Part shown: positions 46,252-56,204 of the stretch, piece after piece
How positions within the stretch are numbered: the first letter of the stretch is position 1
Layout of the letters: each line of letters opens with the position of its first letter
Source of the DNA: a virus
Length of the DNA stretch: 64,000 nt
Strand: one strand, 5' to 3'
IMG/VR virus record: IMGVR_UViG_3300023063_000002
Span: 12,415 to 76,414 of that record
Made by a program: the position numbers and the translations under genes
Notes under the pieces: model-generated
Told to the model about the DNA's origin: nothing
Database searches by the model: none
Seen by the model: the letters and a program-made list of their open reading frames with translations, nothing else

Positions 46252-46485
46252 CTACATGTAAGGTTTCCACCATAATACTTTAGCTGCTGGGGTTATATAG
46301 CTAATTAAACTTCTTTTAAATTCTTTGCAGTTATTCTCTTCATTCCTCATGCAATAGCCATCATCATTGTAAACATCAAAGTTATTGTAAATCTTTACTG
46401 CTGTACAACGGTCCCAGCTAGCACCAGGTTGTGGTGTGTAATCTTCTTTATAATACTTACATTGACTACAACGAGCAACTGTCAT
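46252..46485 (-). CDS. Cys-rich hypothetical protein
   Basis: CSQCKYY...C...C...NEENNCKEF. Confidence 0.5.
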   Translation of the reverse strand: MTVARCSQCKYYKEDYTPQPGASWDRCTAVKIYNNFDVYNDDGYCMRNEENNCKEFKRSLISYITPAAKVLWWKPYM

Positions 46486-46751
46486 GCTCTTTCTCCACGA
46501 TTAACGAACCATTGTAATGCCTTACGGATGTAGTAACCACGCTCATTTGGTTCCTCATACCAATCATCAATCTGCCTACGACAAGCTTTATCTGCAAAGA
46601 ATGTTGGTCCACAGTAGTTATGCCACTCCATATAAACATGAGTACCATCTGCTAATGGTAATCTGAATGTAGGTGACAAACACATGATACCATTTGGGAT
46701 CCGTATGCAAGTCATACTAATCGCCTCGCTGAATGGCTGTATTAATTGCAA
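46482..46751 (-). CDS. Hypothetical protein
   Basis: MTCIRIPNGIMC...MEWHNYCGPTFF motif; probable start at MTCIR. Confidence 0.55.
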   Translation of the reverse strand: MQLIQPFSEAISMTCIRIPNGIMCLSPTFRLPLADGTHVYMEWHNYCGPTFFADKACRRQIDDWYEEPNERGYYIRKALQWFVNRGERA

Positions 46752-47079
46752 TCTTCCACATGTTAATTACTTCTGGATGCATCTTGTAATCATTGAACTC
46801 TACAAAGCTAAGTTGTTTACTGCCTTGATTAAGGGTAAGAAAGTTAGCAGCAGAGACTAAGTAACGAGCAGCCTTTGCACCATGTACAGGAATCTTTAAT
46901 CCGTTATCTGTGACAACCTTATCTAACACACCTGCTGAGCACCAGCAAGTCGCTTTTGGATCTAACGGATTACATTGGCTACCATTCTCATCTCTTGCAT
47001 AGAAAACTTTAGTATGTTTTGTTGGATCGATAATGATATTTAAACCAGCTTGTAAAACTTGAGAAGCTTTCATAATCAC
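46717..47079 (-). CDS. Hypothetical protein
   Basis: ARD..G......DP.A.CWC..G motif. Confidence 0.6.
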   Translation of the reverse strand: MIMKASQVLQAGLNIIIDPTKHTKVFYARDENGSQCNPLDPKATCWCSAGVLDKVVTDNGLKIPVHGAKAARYLVSAANFLTLNQGSKQLSFVEFNDYKMHPEVINMWKIAINTAIQRGD

Positions 47080-47086
47080 CTTGATT

Positions 47087-47117
47087 AAAAAGGTGAGCCT
47101 AGTTTCAGACCCACCTT
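47087..47117 (-). terminator. Intrinsic terminator downstream of nrdA
   Basis: GGTGGGTCT-GAAACT-AGGCTCACC followed by TTTTT on the minus strand. Confidence 0.7.
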
Positions 47118-47139
47118 GACTACTGTTTAACTTCTAAAA

Positions 47140-48897
47140 TTACTGACAGACTTCGCATTCACCTTTAGAGGCTACAATACCCGCTTTTGAGTAGCAGTAG
47201 TAGAGCCCGAAGATCCATTCATTCTTGAAAGCTTCTGAGTGGATTTCAGCAATGTACTCTTCATCTTCAGATGAGCTAAAGAACAAGTTAAGGGATTGAC
47301 CTTGACACAACCTTTGTTGCCTTGCAGCAGCCATTCGGAGGATAACTCGTTGATCAATTTCGAATGCAGTTTTGAATACTTTCTTTTCATGGTCAGTAAG
47401 CCAATCTACTAGCTGTACAGAGCCCTGGGCATCAGTGATCTCCTGCATGTGCTTGTCGTCATACACACCACGATCTTTCATAAGCTGCAAAAGCACCGGG
47501 TTAGCACGATCAACTTCACCGGCAGGTGTCAGCTGGTTGTACGTCATGGCCACGTCGGGGTTGATGCCCTCAGAGACACCACCCATGAGCAGGGCAGACG
47601 ACTTGGTGGGCGCGATGGCCAGCCTGTGTGTGTTCCTAACACCGTAGCCCTTGCACCACTCAGGCTCACCGAGAACCTGGGCCAGCCACTGAGAAGCCTC
47701 CAGGGACTGGTCACGGATGTGGTCGAACACCTCATTGTTCCAGAAGTGTGTCTCCATAGAGTCAAATGGCATGCTGTTCATCTGGAGATACGTGTGGAAG
47801 CCACAGACGCCTAGGCCGGTAGCACGAGACAGCTTGGTGAACTTCAGAGCTTTCTCAAGACCTGGAACGCCCTCTGCCTTCTGGATAAACTCTTCTGCTA
47901 CACAGTCAAGGAAGACTTGGGCAATGAAGGTAGCTTTAGACTTCTTAATTTTATCCCAATGGACAAGATTTTGACTACTAAGGACACAAGTGTAAGTGAG
48001 GTCTTCGCTACTATGAAGATGGATTTCATTACATAGCTGGGGTGCCACAACTCGAAGGTCGAGGTCTTTGTACATCTGTGGACGATGACGATTAACCTTG
48101 TCTTCGAAGAAGAAGTAACCCTTTCCTGTTGCCATCTTCGTATCCATAGCTGCTTGGAAACGATAGTTTGCGACTTCACTTCCAGCTTCCATGGCTTCGT
48201 TAAAACTATCTTTAACACACCAACCAATATGCAGACCATCAGGAGCTTCTGCAAGATAACTAACAACTTCATCGAAGTCTCCATGCATTAGTGGTAAGTA
48301 GGCTGCCCAGGCACCTCGTCTCGACTGCCCTTGCGAAACATAGTCCATGTCCTGAACGACGCCCTGGATGATAGGCAAGACGCCAGACGCGACGACCCCT
48401 TTATTGGTAAGAGTACCGCGTGGTTGAATAGCACCGAGGTAAGAGGCCGTACCAAAGGAATTCTTCGTAAGTACTGCAGTTTCTTGTTTTGATTCATAGA
48501 TGCCATGAATATTGTTGGGCATAATATTGCCAGAACAGGATACTGACATGCCACGATCTGTACCCGTATTACTGACTACTGGTGTAGAGCCTGAGAGACG
48601 ACCTTCCCAAAGTTCATTAAAGAATACTGTAGCCCATGTTGGGGCATAAGGAACACCATCATGATCAAATCCAAACTCTTCAGCCCACCACTCTGGATAT
48701 TTACCTTCAATATGCTTAGCCAAAGTATCAGCAATTCGTTTGAACTGTTGACGAGGATTTGTGGCTGCATACATATACTTGCCTTTAAACAACTGCCAAG
48801 CACCAGTGGACCACCAGTCAGGCATTAGTTTATCAGCTTGCAGTTGCTTACGTTCTTTACTAAGCTTCTCATACTTACTATCAATCTTGGTACTCAT
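47140..48897 (-). CDS. nrdA: Ribonucleotide reductase class I alpha subunit (no ATP cone)
   Basis: QLCNEI catalytic motif, AIAPTKSSA, GLYY, C-terminal CEVCQ; start revised to MSTKIDS. Confidence 0.9.
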   Translation of the reverse strand: MSTKIDSKYEKLSKERKQLQADKLMPDWWSTGAWQLFKGKYMYAATNPRQQFKRIADTLAKHIEGKYPEWWAEEFGFDHDGVPYAPTWATVFFNELWEGRLSGSTPVVSNTGTDRGMSVSCSGNIMPNNIHGIYESKQETAVLTKNSFGTASYLGAIQPRGTLTNKGVVASGVLPIIQGVVQDMDYVSQGQSRRGAWAAYLPLMHGDFDEVVSYLAEAPDGLHIGWCVKDSFNEAMEAGSEVANYRFQAAMDTKMATGKGYFFFEDKVNRHRPQMYKDLDLRVVAPQLCNEIHLHSSEDLTYTCVLSSQNLVHWDKIKKSKATFIAQVFLDCVAEEFIQKAEGVPGLEKALKFTKLSRATGLGVCGFHTYLQMNSMPFDSMETHFWNNEVFDHIRDQSLEASQWLAQVLGEPEWCKGYGVRNTHRLAIAPTKSSALLMGGVSEGINPDVAMTYNQLTPAGEVDRANPVLLQLMKDRGVYDDKHMQEITDAQGSVQLVDWLTDHEKKVFKTAFEIDQRVILRMAAARQQRLCQGQSLNLFFSSSEDEEYIAEIHSEAFKNEWIFGLYYCYSKAGIVASKGECEVCQ

Positions 48898-48898
48898 A

Positions 48899-49900
48899 TT
48901 AACCCTTCTTCCAAATAAAGCGACTACGATCCCAATCCCGTTTATACTCACGGCCTACACCTTGGAAGAAGTCATTCATCTGGTAGTTGTTAATACCTTT
49001 GTAAAACCATTCAGCAATTGGATTGTGGGTAACAGTGTACATTGCAGGGAGGTTAAGATTACCCAAACAGATATTCAAACGACTCTTAACAAACTCAATT
49101 GCTTCAAGTTCATCCCAACCGTCTACTGGCCCAAACTCAAGTGTCTTCTTAATAATAGCACACTCATGCTCAAACAGCTTGCTTACACCTTCTTTGATTG
49201 CTTGATGGTAAGCCTTCATTTCATAAGACGAACGTTGTTGTTCTGCTAATGCTACCTTAACAAGACCCGCACCACCAATGGAATGCAAATTCTCATCACG
49301 GGCACTCATGTTAATACCACGAGCTATATTTTGTGCTTTATTCTTACCTTGACTTTGATAATGTTTAAGATAAGCGAACACACTATACAAGACACCCCCT
49401 TCAACGATTGAGAACATAGAAGTCGAAAGCTCATCATCTTTATCATCAACTACACTGTTAATATGCTCCATCCTGCTAGCTAGGATAGGGTCTTCAAGGT
49501 ACGATGTGTAGAAGGCATAATTCGCCAAACCTAGTTCTTTATTAATCTCATTATAGAATGGCGCATGACTGTTTAACTCAACGTGAGCAAACACTGCTGA
49601 CATCCTCTGTGGAGATACATGAGGGTAAGCCTTAGATACTCGCCCACCCCACTGCTCATTACCTACAAACAATTCATATTTAGTGAATAATTTTAAAGAG
49701 GAGATGATACCATGCTTTTCTGACTCTGTAACACCTACCAGTAAATCTTGTTTATCTTTAGATACTTTAATCTCTGACCAAGGCCAAAAGATTTCCATTT
49801 GTTGATCAGCAATTACACCGAACTCTGGGTACTCATCGACATAACCGTCTTTCCATGTTTTAATATTTGCTACTGATTGTCCTACTGTTGGTTCAGGCAT
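48899..49900 (-). CDS. nrdB: Ribonucleotide reductase class I beta subunit
   Basis: Di-iron ligands ELNSHAPFY, VEGG, DENLHS; C-terminal tyrosine. Confidence 0.9.
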   Translation of the reverse strand: MPEPTVGQSVANIKTWKDGYVDEYPEFGVIADQQMEIFWPWSEIKVSKDKQDLLVGVTESEKHGIISSLKLFTKYELFVGNEQWGGRVSKAYPHVSPQRMSAVFAHVELNSHAPFYNEINKELGLANYAFYTSYLEDPILASRMEHINSVVDDKDDELSTSMFSIVEGGVLYSVFAYLKHYQSQGKNKAQNIARGINMSARDENLHSIGGAGLVKVALAEQQRSSYEMKAYHQAIKEGVSKLFEHECAIIKKTLEFGPVDGWDELEAIEFVKSRLNICLGNLNLPAMYTVTHNPIAEWFYKGINNYQMNDFFQGVGREYKRDWDRSRFIWKKG

Positions 49901-49962
49901 TCTTTCCTCATTACTGTTGCCCTACTCTTTAAATGGTATAAAGTATACGCAGAGGATTGTTG

Positions 49963-50253
49963 TTAATAGTTACTACTCTTCCCTGTAATTGCATTTAGCA
50001 AATAAGTATCTGTTGATGGTCGTGAATCTATATTAAGGCTTTCGCTACGTCCATAGCAACCACCTTTGTATGTTATAAAACCTGCTGATACTACTTGTGA
50101 CATACCCAGCCTTTGGTCATGATCACCTGGATAATTCCCGTGAGAATAAGCACGGATGGTATCAAAGAAATCTACATGATTCATCCAATTTGGAAAGATG
50201 AACATTTCTTCTTTATTTTCATGAGCAACTACGATATACTTAGCATCAGCCAT
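49963..50253 (-). CDS. Hypothetical protein
   Basis: KYIV...FIFP...H...VSAGF...CYGRSESL.I.SR pattern. Confidence 0.6.
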   Translation of the reverse strand: MADAKYIVVAHENKEEMFIFPNWMNHVDFFDTIRAYSHGNYPGDHDQRLGMSQVVSAGFITYKGGCYGRSESLNIDSRPSTDTYLLNAITGKSSNY

Positions 50254-50276
50254 TTATTGCTTTCTAGTTAAACTGA

Positions 50277-52004
50277 TTAATCAATAATTTTGAAATCTTC
50301 TTCTGGTGCATCTTCGAGACCAACTAGTAAGCCAGTCTTATAGTTATAATAAGCACCAGGTACTGGGCCTGTTAGACCTGTATGGCGGCATTTAAGTACT
50401 GACATAGATAGTGTATTTCTTTCTGGCTCATTATCAGCTGTCATATTACGAGCAAAGGCAATAATATCTAAGCATACTTGTTTAATACTACCAGACCCTT
50501 TGATGTCATCAATACTTGGGAGACGGCCTTCTTCAAATGATTTGTTACCACTTGATGCTTTACGAAGGTGAGATACTAGGCCGATATGAACATCATACTT
50601 CTTAGCAATACGAAGAAGATCATTCATAATCTTATCGATCGCTTCATTACCTGTCAAACCTTCAGCACCTTCACTAACTAGGATAGTAATGTGATCAATG
50701 AATAAATACCCGCAACCCATGAGAGCCATATACTCAAGCTGCGCAACGATTGAATCGTCTTTGATACTCCCTTGATGATCAAGTACAATGACTCTTTCGT
50801 CCTCTCCATCCACTCCAAATACTTTATCAAATCCGACATCCATGTCCTCGTCAGGAATTTCTTCCGCTGAATGGTTCCTCGCAATCGCCATCGCGGATAG
50901 ATTACGTGCGGTCTCACCCGGAGTTTCTTCGAGGCTGATAATACCAACTTTGTCATCTGTGATTTCTAGAATGTTGAGGATATTCTGACGAATCATTGTG
51001 GACTTACCAGAACCTGTACCTGAGATATAAAGTGCGATCTCACTCTTACGCATACCTTTAGTCTTACTCTGTACACCTCGCATTGCTTCTGGGTAAGGTA
51101 CAGACTTAACTGCATTCTTGGCCTTCATCGCAGTCTTGAGAGCACTACGACCCATGATACCTGCGGGTTGATGCTTCTCAGCATCCCAGATACAGCGGAG
51201 TAGCTTATCTCCGCCTTCTTTAACTAAGATTTCATTTGGATCTTTGCAGCCACTTGGGTACTTTGGAATACGTACTTTATCCACCCCAAGTATAGAGATA
51301 GCCTTAAGTGTTAGTGCCAGACCTACTTCATCATTATCAAAGAATAAAATGATCTCATCAAATGATCTTAGCCATTCACGATTTTCAATTAAGGCCTTAG
51401 TATCTACACCTGCCTTTACTGATACCGCTGGATATATAATTTGATTCCTACTGTGGTAAGCTTGAGCAACACTCATTGCATCAATTTCACCTTCAGTAAT
51501 AACTACTCGTTTACCACCATTTGCAAATATATCTTTACCAAAGAGGCCACTAAATGCACCTACAAAGCTGAAACTCTTTGGAAGCTTACGAACCTTGTAA
51601 CCAATACCCTCTTCACTCAGATAAGGATAATAATGTGTCTTGATTGTACCATCTGAGTTATAATCAACTTTGACATTAAAGAAGCTAGCCACTGTCTTAG
51701 TGATGTGCCTCTCTTGAAAACCTCTGCTACCTAAGCTACCGATTTCTTCGAGCTTGGCTGTGTAGTCTACTACGTCTTTACCATCAGTAAATTTCTGTAC
51801 TCTAGTTGTTTCTTCTTCTTCAAACTCTTCATTTGAATTTTTAGCCATATTAGTTGATGTACCTTCTGTGTCTTCTGAAGCTTTAAAACTCTTGTTACAA
51901 GAAAAACATTTAGAACCACCATCTTCATACACCTGTCTAGCATCTGACGAACCACAGCGTGCTATATCTAGACAAGGCTGGTTACGTCTGATAACCTTAC
52001 CCAT
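50277..52004 (-). CDS. T7 gp4-like primase-helicase
   Basis: Zinc finger (C..C...CFSC), TOPRIM ITEGEIDA/FFDND, Walker A SGTGSGKST, FIDHI, HLRK, KGSGSIKQ. Confidence 0.93.
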   Translation of the reverse strand: MGKVIRRNQPCLDIARCGSSDARQVYEDGGSKCFSCNKSFKASEDTEGTSTNMAKNSNEEFEEEETTRVQKFTDGKDVVDYTAKLEEIGSLGSRGFQERHITKTVASFFNVKVDYNSDGTIKTHYYPYLSEEGIGYKVRKLPKSFSFVGAFSGLFGKDIFANGGKRVVITEGEIDAMSVAQAYHSRNQIIYPAVSVKAGVDTKALIENREWLRSFDEIILFFDNDEVGLALTLKAISILGVDKVRIPKYPSGCKDPNEILVKEGGDKLLRCIWDAEKHQPAGIMGRSALKTAMKAKNAVKSVPYPEAMRGVQSKTKGMRKSEIALYISGTGSGKSTMIRQNILNILEITDDKVGIISLEETPGETARNLSAMAIARNHSAEEIPDEDMDVGFDKVFGVDGEDERVIVLDHQGSIKDDSIVAQLEYMALMGCGYLFIDHITILVSEGAEGLTGNEAIDKIMNDLLRIAKKYDVHIGLVSHLRKASSGNKSFEEGRLPSIDDIKGSGSIKQVCLDIIAFARNMTADNEPERNTLSMSVLKCRHTGLTGPVPGAYYNYKTGLLVGLEDAPEEDFKIID

Positions 52005-52011
52005 AATACTC

Positions 52012-52638
52012 CTAGCTGACGATAACTACATCTAGAGGATGGTCATTAATGATGCAATCAAGACGATGTTTATGCCTTGAAGATATAGCCTCAGTAGAGA
52101 ACCATGATACTTTATTAACAAGCCGATTATACCACTTGTCTTGATTTGAAGGAGTTTCTGCCCTCATGATACTCCATGTCTCAGCGTAACCAAGAGCTCG
52201 ATCGGAACAATATTCTTCTAATACAATGAACTCAAAGTTTTCTTTACCATGAAGCTTAATTTGTTCTACCATTGAATCACGGCTAGACATATACCATGGC
52301 CAGTTAGATTCTGTGCCTTTTAGATCATGATTGTCACCAGCATAACGATACTGTTTCTTGCCGATGTAAGCCATGTTATTTCTAAGATCACGGATAACAT
52401 AAATAAATCCGAACTTCTTAGTGGTCGCCATTTGCTCAGGGAATGACCAATGACCATTACCAGCATAATCTTTACGACTAATACGTTTAACAATTGGTGC
52501 TGGAGTGATCAAATCTATTTGTCTTGGATCAACTAACTTCACTCTTTTGCTTTTAGTCTTTAGCACTTCCTTCTGTTTAATTTCTTTTACTGGTTGAACC
52601 TTTGTAATCATTGCTGCGAGTTCTGCTTTGGTGACCAT
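52012..52638 (-). CDS. GIY-YIG-family endonuclease
   Basis: FGFIYVIRDLRNNMAYIGKKQ, ESNWPWY, YN; start revised to MVTKAEL. Confidence 0.75.
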   Translation of the reverse strand: MVTKAELAAMITKVQPVKEIKQKEVLKTKSKRVKLVDPRQIDLITPAPIVKRISRKDYAGNGHWSFPEQMATTKKFGFIYVIRDLRNNMAYIGKKQYRYAGDNHDLKGTESNWPWYMSSRDSMVEQIKLHGKENFEFIVLEEYCSDRALGYAETWSIMRAETPSNQDKWYNRLVNKVSWFSTEAISSRHKHRLDCIINDHPLDVVIVS

Positions 52639-52784
52639 TATTGTGTCTTCCCACAATCATCACAAATGTATACACCGTTTAGGAAATCCCAGCTGACATC
52701 ATCACTGTTACAATGTTGGCAAGACTCAGGATCAAAGTCAGGCATAGGTCCGCTATCGTCCTCGCTAGTATCAAAATCAAACAT
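52638..52784 (-). CDS. 48-aa acidic zinc-ribbon protein
   Basis: Hand translation ...SCQHCNSDDVSWDFLNGVYICDDCGKTQ. Confidence 0.5.
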   Translation of the reverse strand: MFDFDTSEDDSGPMPDFDPESCQHCNSDDVSWDFLNGVYICDDCGKTQ

Positions 52785-53742
52785 TTTCTTCTACCTTAGG
52801 TTTACGTGGTCTACGAATCTTCTGTGATTCTTTTAGTTCAGCTGCAATCTTAGCCAAGCGTTGTTCTTCTTCGACTACATCCCAATCAGGTTCTTTCTCA
52901 AACTGAGCCCAACCACGAATATGGAAGTAATCATTAACTGCACGTTGGATATACAGTAGTTTGCCATTAGCCAGCAGGTACGACTTCCAATTACGGCCAT
53001 AGTACTTACGGTATTCTTCGATTACTACAGCTTGAAATTCTCTCTCTGTATCATAAGGTTCAAGTGCTGCTTCTGCTTTCTTCGGACCCATCTTCGGGAT
53101 ACCAGGGATATTATCTGTCTGATCGCCCATGATATACTGTTCATAAGCAAACCGAGTAGCGTAATTAGGGCTGACTGTGATAATCATCCAGTCCTTGATC
53201 TTTAAATGCTTGCCAGGGATACGATGCAAGTCTTTATCAATCGATGCCATGATCCACTCATGACCAGCTGCCTCGGCCTCTGTCGCCCATATTCCGCATA
53301 GATCATCCGCCTCGCGGTCATGCGATTCGATGGCGATACCGTTGTCGATCGCCATTTGTCGGAGCTTGGGTACGAATGTGTTTCGCTTTTCCTCCTTACC
53401 CGCTGAACGTTGCGCTTTGTAGCCCCTTGATTCTGGTGTCCCAAGGAATTCTGGTGGGAATATCCAGTCACGATAATTGGTAGAGCTTTTAACACCCATG
53501 ACATGATAGTCAGCCTTAGAAAATTTCATTATACCAGAGATCATACTTTGAAGGTTAAGAAATGATTTCTGAAGATAAGCTTCATTTTCTTCTTCTGTAT
53601 ATTCAGCTGATTCTCGTTTGATTTCATTACCGTCATCATCAACAGCAATAAATCCATGAACAGATTCTTCACGCTCTTTACATGACATATGACATAGTAC
53701 ATCGCCATCTATAATCAATACTCTTGTTTTCTTTTCAGCCAT
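52777..53742 (-). CDS. 5'-3' exonuclease / RNase H (T7 gp6-like)
   Basis: IIDGD, EADD, SIDKD, GDQTDNIPGIPKMGPKKA (H3TH motif). Confidence 0.88.
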   Translation of the reverse strand: MAEKKTRVLIIDGDVLCHMSCKEREESVHGFIAVDDDGNEIKRESAEYTEEENEAYLQKSFLNLQSMISGIMKFSKADYHVMGVKSSTNYRDWIFPPEFLGTPESRGYKAQRSAGKEEKRNTFVPKLRQMAIDNGIAIESHDREADDLCGIWATEAEAAGHEWIMASIDKDLHRIPGKHLKIKDWMIITVSPNYATRFAYEQYIMGDQTDNIPGIPKMGPKKAEAALEPYDTEREFQAVVIEEYRKYYGRNWKSYLLANGKLLYIQRAVNDYFHIRGWAQFEKEPDWDVVEEEQRLAKIAAELKESQKIRRPRKPKVEENV

Positions 53743-53789
53743 TATATTCTTTCAGGGCTCACCCAAACGAATGAGCCCAAGATCAAGTG

Positions 53790-53933
53790 TTAGTAGGCTG
53801 GTTTACGTGCTGTCTTGGTTGCTTTCTTTTTACCTGTCTTGTTGATTTGAGCAGGTGTCAAATTAAAACTTTGATGACCTGGCGAACGCAGATGACGAGC
53901 GGCTACTTCTTGTGCTTGAGCGGATTTTTGCAT
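53790..53933 (-). CDS. 47-aa basic hypothetical protein
   Basis: Hand translation MQKSAQAQEVAARHLRSPGH...; AGAAAG ribosome-binding site. Confidence 0.5.
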   Translation of the reverse strand: MQKSAQAQEVAARHLRSPGHQSFNLTPAQINKTGKKKATKTARKPAY

Positions 53934-54059
53934 GATAAATCTTTCTATCTAGATGTTGCTGTTTAACTACTAAAGATGTGGTATACTGCTTCTACTAGGA
54001 ATATGATACCGTTTATTACTAACACAAACTCTGCAAACCTAACTATTCTAGGGTCCATG

Positions 54060-54413
54060 TTACTTGTTTACAACACTGATTTCTATATCAACCAATTCTA
54101 CTGGGATATTACTGGACAGCAATACCTTGCCTTCATTCAGATTAATAATCCAAAGTTCATCGGCTTTACTTGCTTGACCTTTGACATTGTTATTGCAAAC
54201 ATTAAGCACTCGCATGCAGAGTTTACCTTCACGAACAAACACTTGGCCTTTGGCCATATCAGCAACCATCTTAGGGCGTTTATGTTTCTCCAGATCGGCA
54301 TTGATTACCAGTTTGCCAGATGGCTTTGGTTTGGCAACGGATGGCTCTTTGATACGACGGGTGGATGCTTTGACGAGTGGATCTGCTTGGTTGCTGTTTA
54401 CGGTAGTGTTCAT
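54060..54413 (-). CDS. Hypothetical protein
   Basis: Start revised to MNTTVNS on the basis of an AGAAAG ribosome-binding site. Confidence 0.55.
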   Translation of the reverse strand: MNTTVNSNQADPLVKASTRRIKEPSVAKPKPSGKLVINADLEKHKRPKMVADMAKGQVFVREGKLCMRVLNVCNNNVKGQASKADELWIINLNEGKVLLSSNIPVELVDIEISVVNK

Positions 54414-54489
54414 TTTATTACTTTCTAGTTTATATGACTGTTGAAGGATTTTGTTTAAAGGTGATTGATTGTAAATCGTTTTACCATAG

Positions 54490-55044
54490 TTACCCACGGT
54501 TAGCCCTACCTTTAGATACATAGCTCGGGTTATAACGACCAAGAATATGATCAGGCCTACGAGAGTCTGGTTGAGGGCATGAAGCAATAATACGCCAGCC
54601 GTTATCTAAGTTATCTTGAAGAGCATCACAACAAGCATCCTCAAGCAACATAATTTCATTATACAAGGATAGAGCTTGGCCTGGCATATGAACTTCTACT
54701 CTCTTGTTGAAGTTGGGATTACATGAATCACCGTAGTCAGTGTAAGTAGATGGCTGCTGAGATTTTTCTGCTATTTTGGTGAAGGATACTTCTGGGTCAA
54801 TACTTACGGTTGATACCTTAACTACCTCGAAACGTATTTTTGAGAGATATACATCTAACAGCTGCTTGTCTGTTAGCAGTACTGATTCATTACCAAACAT
54901 TACTTTATCCGCAAATACAAGACCAACTGCAGCAAACTCGCCAGGTCTCTTTTCTTTTTCTAACTCTGCAGATTTAAAGTACTCTGGATACTTTTCTTCA
55001 TTCCAATTATGAATGCTATCAAACTTGATTTCTGTTATTCTCAT
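54490..55044 (-). CDS. Hypothetical protein
   Basis: EDACCDALQ..LD.GWRIIASCPQPDSRRPDHILGR motif. Confidence 0.6.
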   Translation of the reverse strand: MRITEIKFDSIHNWNEEKYPEYFKSAELEKEKRPGEFAAVGLVFADKVMFGNESVLLTDKQLLDVYLSKIRFEVVKVSTVSIDPEVSFTKIAEKSQQPSTYTDYGDSCNPNFNKRVEVHMPGQALSLYNEIMLLEDACCDALQDNLDNGWRIIASCPQPDSRRPDHILGRYNPSYVSKGRANRG

Positions 55045-55076
55045 TTGAGATTTCCACTTTGGTTATGTATAGCTGT

Positions 55077-55268
55077 TTAATTACTTGTTCTAGGGATGTA
55101 ACTATCAGTCAGTAATCTGATTCCAAAAGAAATCATGGTGGGTCTTAGCTTCTGACGCTTGCCATCGCTGTTCCATAATGCTTGGTATCGTCCTCTCAAT
55201 AGAAGGCCTTCCGTAGCCCTCTTCATAAGCGTCTCGTAGCATCTTACAGAAGGTTCTGAGACTGTCAT
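55077..55268 (-). CDS. Hypothetical protein
   Basis: 63-aa ORF. Confidence 0.45.
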   Translation of the reverse strand: MTVSEPSVRCYETLMKRATEGLLLRGRYQALWNSDGKRQKLRPTMISFGIRLLTDSYIPRTSN

Positions 55269-55624
55269 TTAAGGTGTCTTTCATTTTACAGTGGTACTTC
55301 CAAATTCTTGCTCTAGCAATTGGTATAGCCTGTCTGCTAGATCATTGCGCATATACAACACCGTACCATCTTCACCATTAAGCAAGCGTTTGATAACAGC
55401 TTCTGCTTCACGCCGTGACAGTGTTACTGTAATGCTTTGTATTTCAGATCTCATATTTAGCTCAGTAAACAGGTTATGATAATAGATAATACTACAAAGG
55501 CAAAGAGAATACCGCCTATATAATCACTAGCACTTGAATCTTCTGTATAATGCTTCTTACAGCAAGCTTCACAAACAAATGGAATACAGTTTTTACGTTT
55601 CATTTTATGCTCGTCTTTGGTATA

Positions 55625-56197
55625 TCAGTCATCTATGTTAATCTTGAAATCCAAAAGTGCTTGATATGCTTTTGGGTCAATCATGCTTTGGTAAGAGCTA
55701 GCTTCCTTTTTAATACAGTCTTCTTTAGCTGTTTTATAAGCGAAAAAAGTTTCTTCTATAGTATTAAACCTGCCTACAAATATATTTAGGCCACCAACTT
55801 TCATAGTAGATTGATATTTCTTTTTAGCAGTGTTCCAAGATACCCCAATTGGTAAATCACCTCTACGATATTTATTTAATCGTATAAGACAATTTAGTTT
55901 CATAGGTAAAAATACACAGGTATTTCTACTATAGTGTTTATTACCCTTAACAAGCAAATCTTTGTCTAACTGGTAATGGCTTGCAAACCCAATTTGAGAG
56001 TTACACCATTCTGCAAAACTTTGAAAATTCATAAACTCTGAAGACGCGGTAGTGCCTTCGTAGGAGGGATTTCCAATCCAAAAACTAGGATTGCAGCGTT
56101 GTTTTAATTGAGTCCAAAGTTGATATTCAGGATCATTAGCAATGCCTCCTGTATTACAAACGTACTTGCCGGGTGTATACAACCATCCGTGATTCAT
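55625..56197 (-). CDS. Free-standing HNH-type homing endonuclease with AP2 DNA-binding domain
   Basis: YQLW..LKQRC, QLDKD...GNK.YS..TC.FLP..LN, and AP2-like GVSW...KKY...VGRF.T.EE...AY; AGGAG ribosome-binding site supports a start at 56197. Confidence 0.75.
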   Translation of the reverse strand: MNHGWLYTPGKYVCNTGGIANDPEYQLWTQLKQRCNPSFWIGNPSYEGTTASSEFMNFQSFAEWCNSQIGFASHYQLDKDLLVKGNKHYSRNTCVFLPMKLNCLIRLNKYRRGDLPIGVSWNTAKKKYQSTMKVGGLNIFVGRFNTIEETFFAYKTAKEDCIKKEASSYQSMIDPKAYQALLDFKINIDD

Positions 56198-56204
56198 AGA
56201 TCTC

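Noticed and set aside
48898-48951. ORF-track N-terminal extensions (nrdA from 48951, HNH from 56251, GIY-YIG from 52656, 54587, 42545)
   Set aside because: They overlap upstream genes; downstream ATGs, most with clear ribosome-binding sites, are better starts.
53755-53778. Hairpin GGGCTCA/TGAGCCC as a terminator
   Set aside because: No U tract on the coding strand; it may be a processing site but is unsupported as a terminator.
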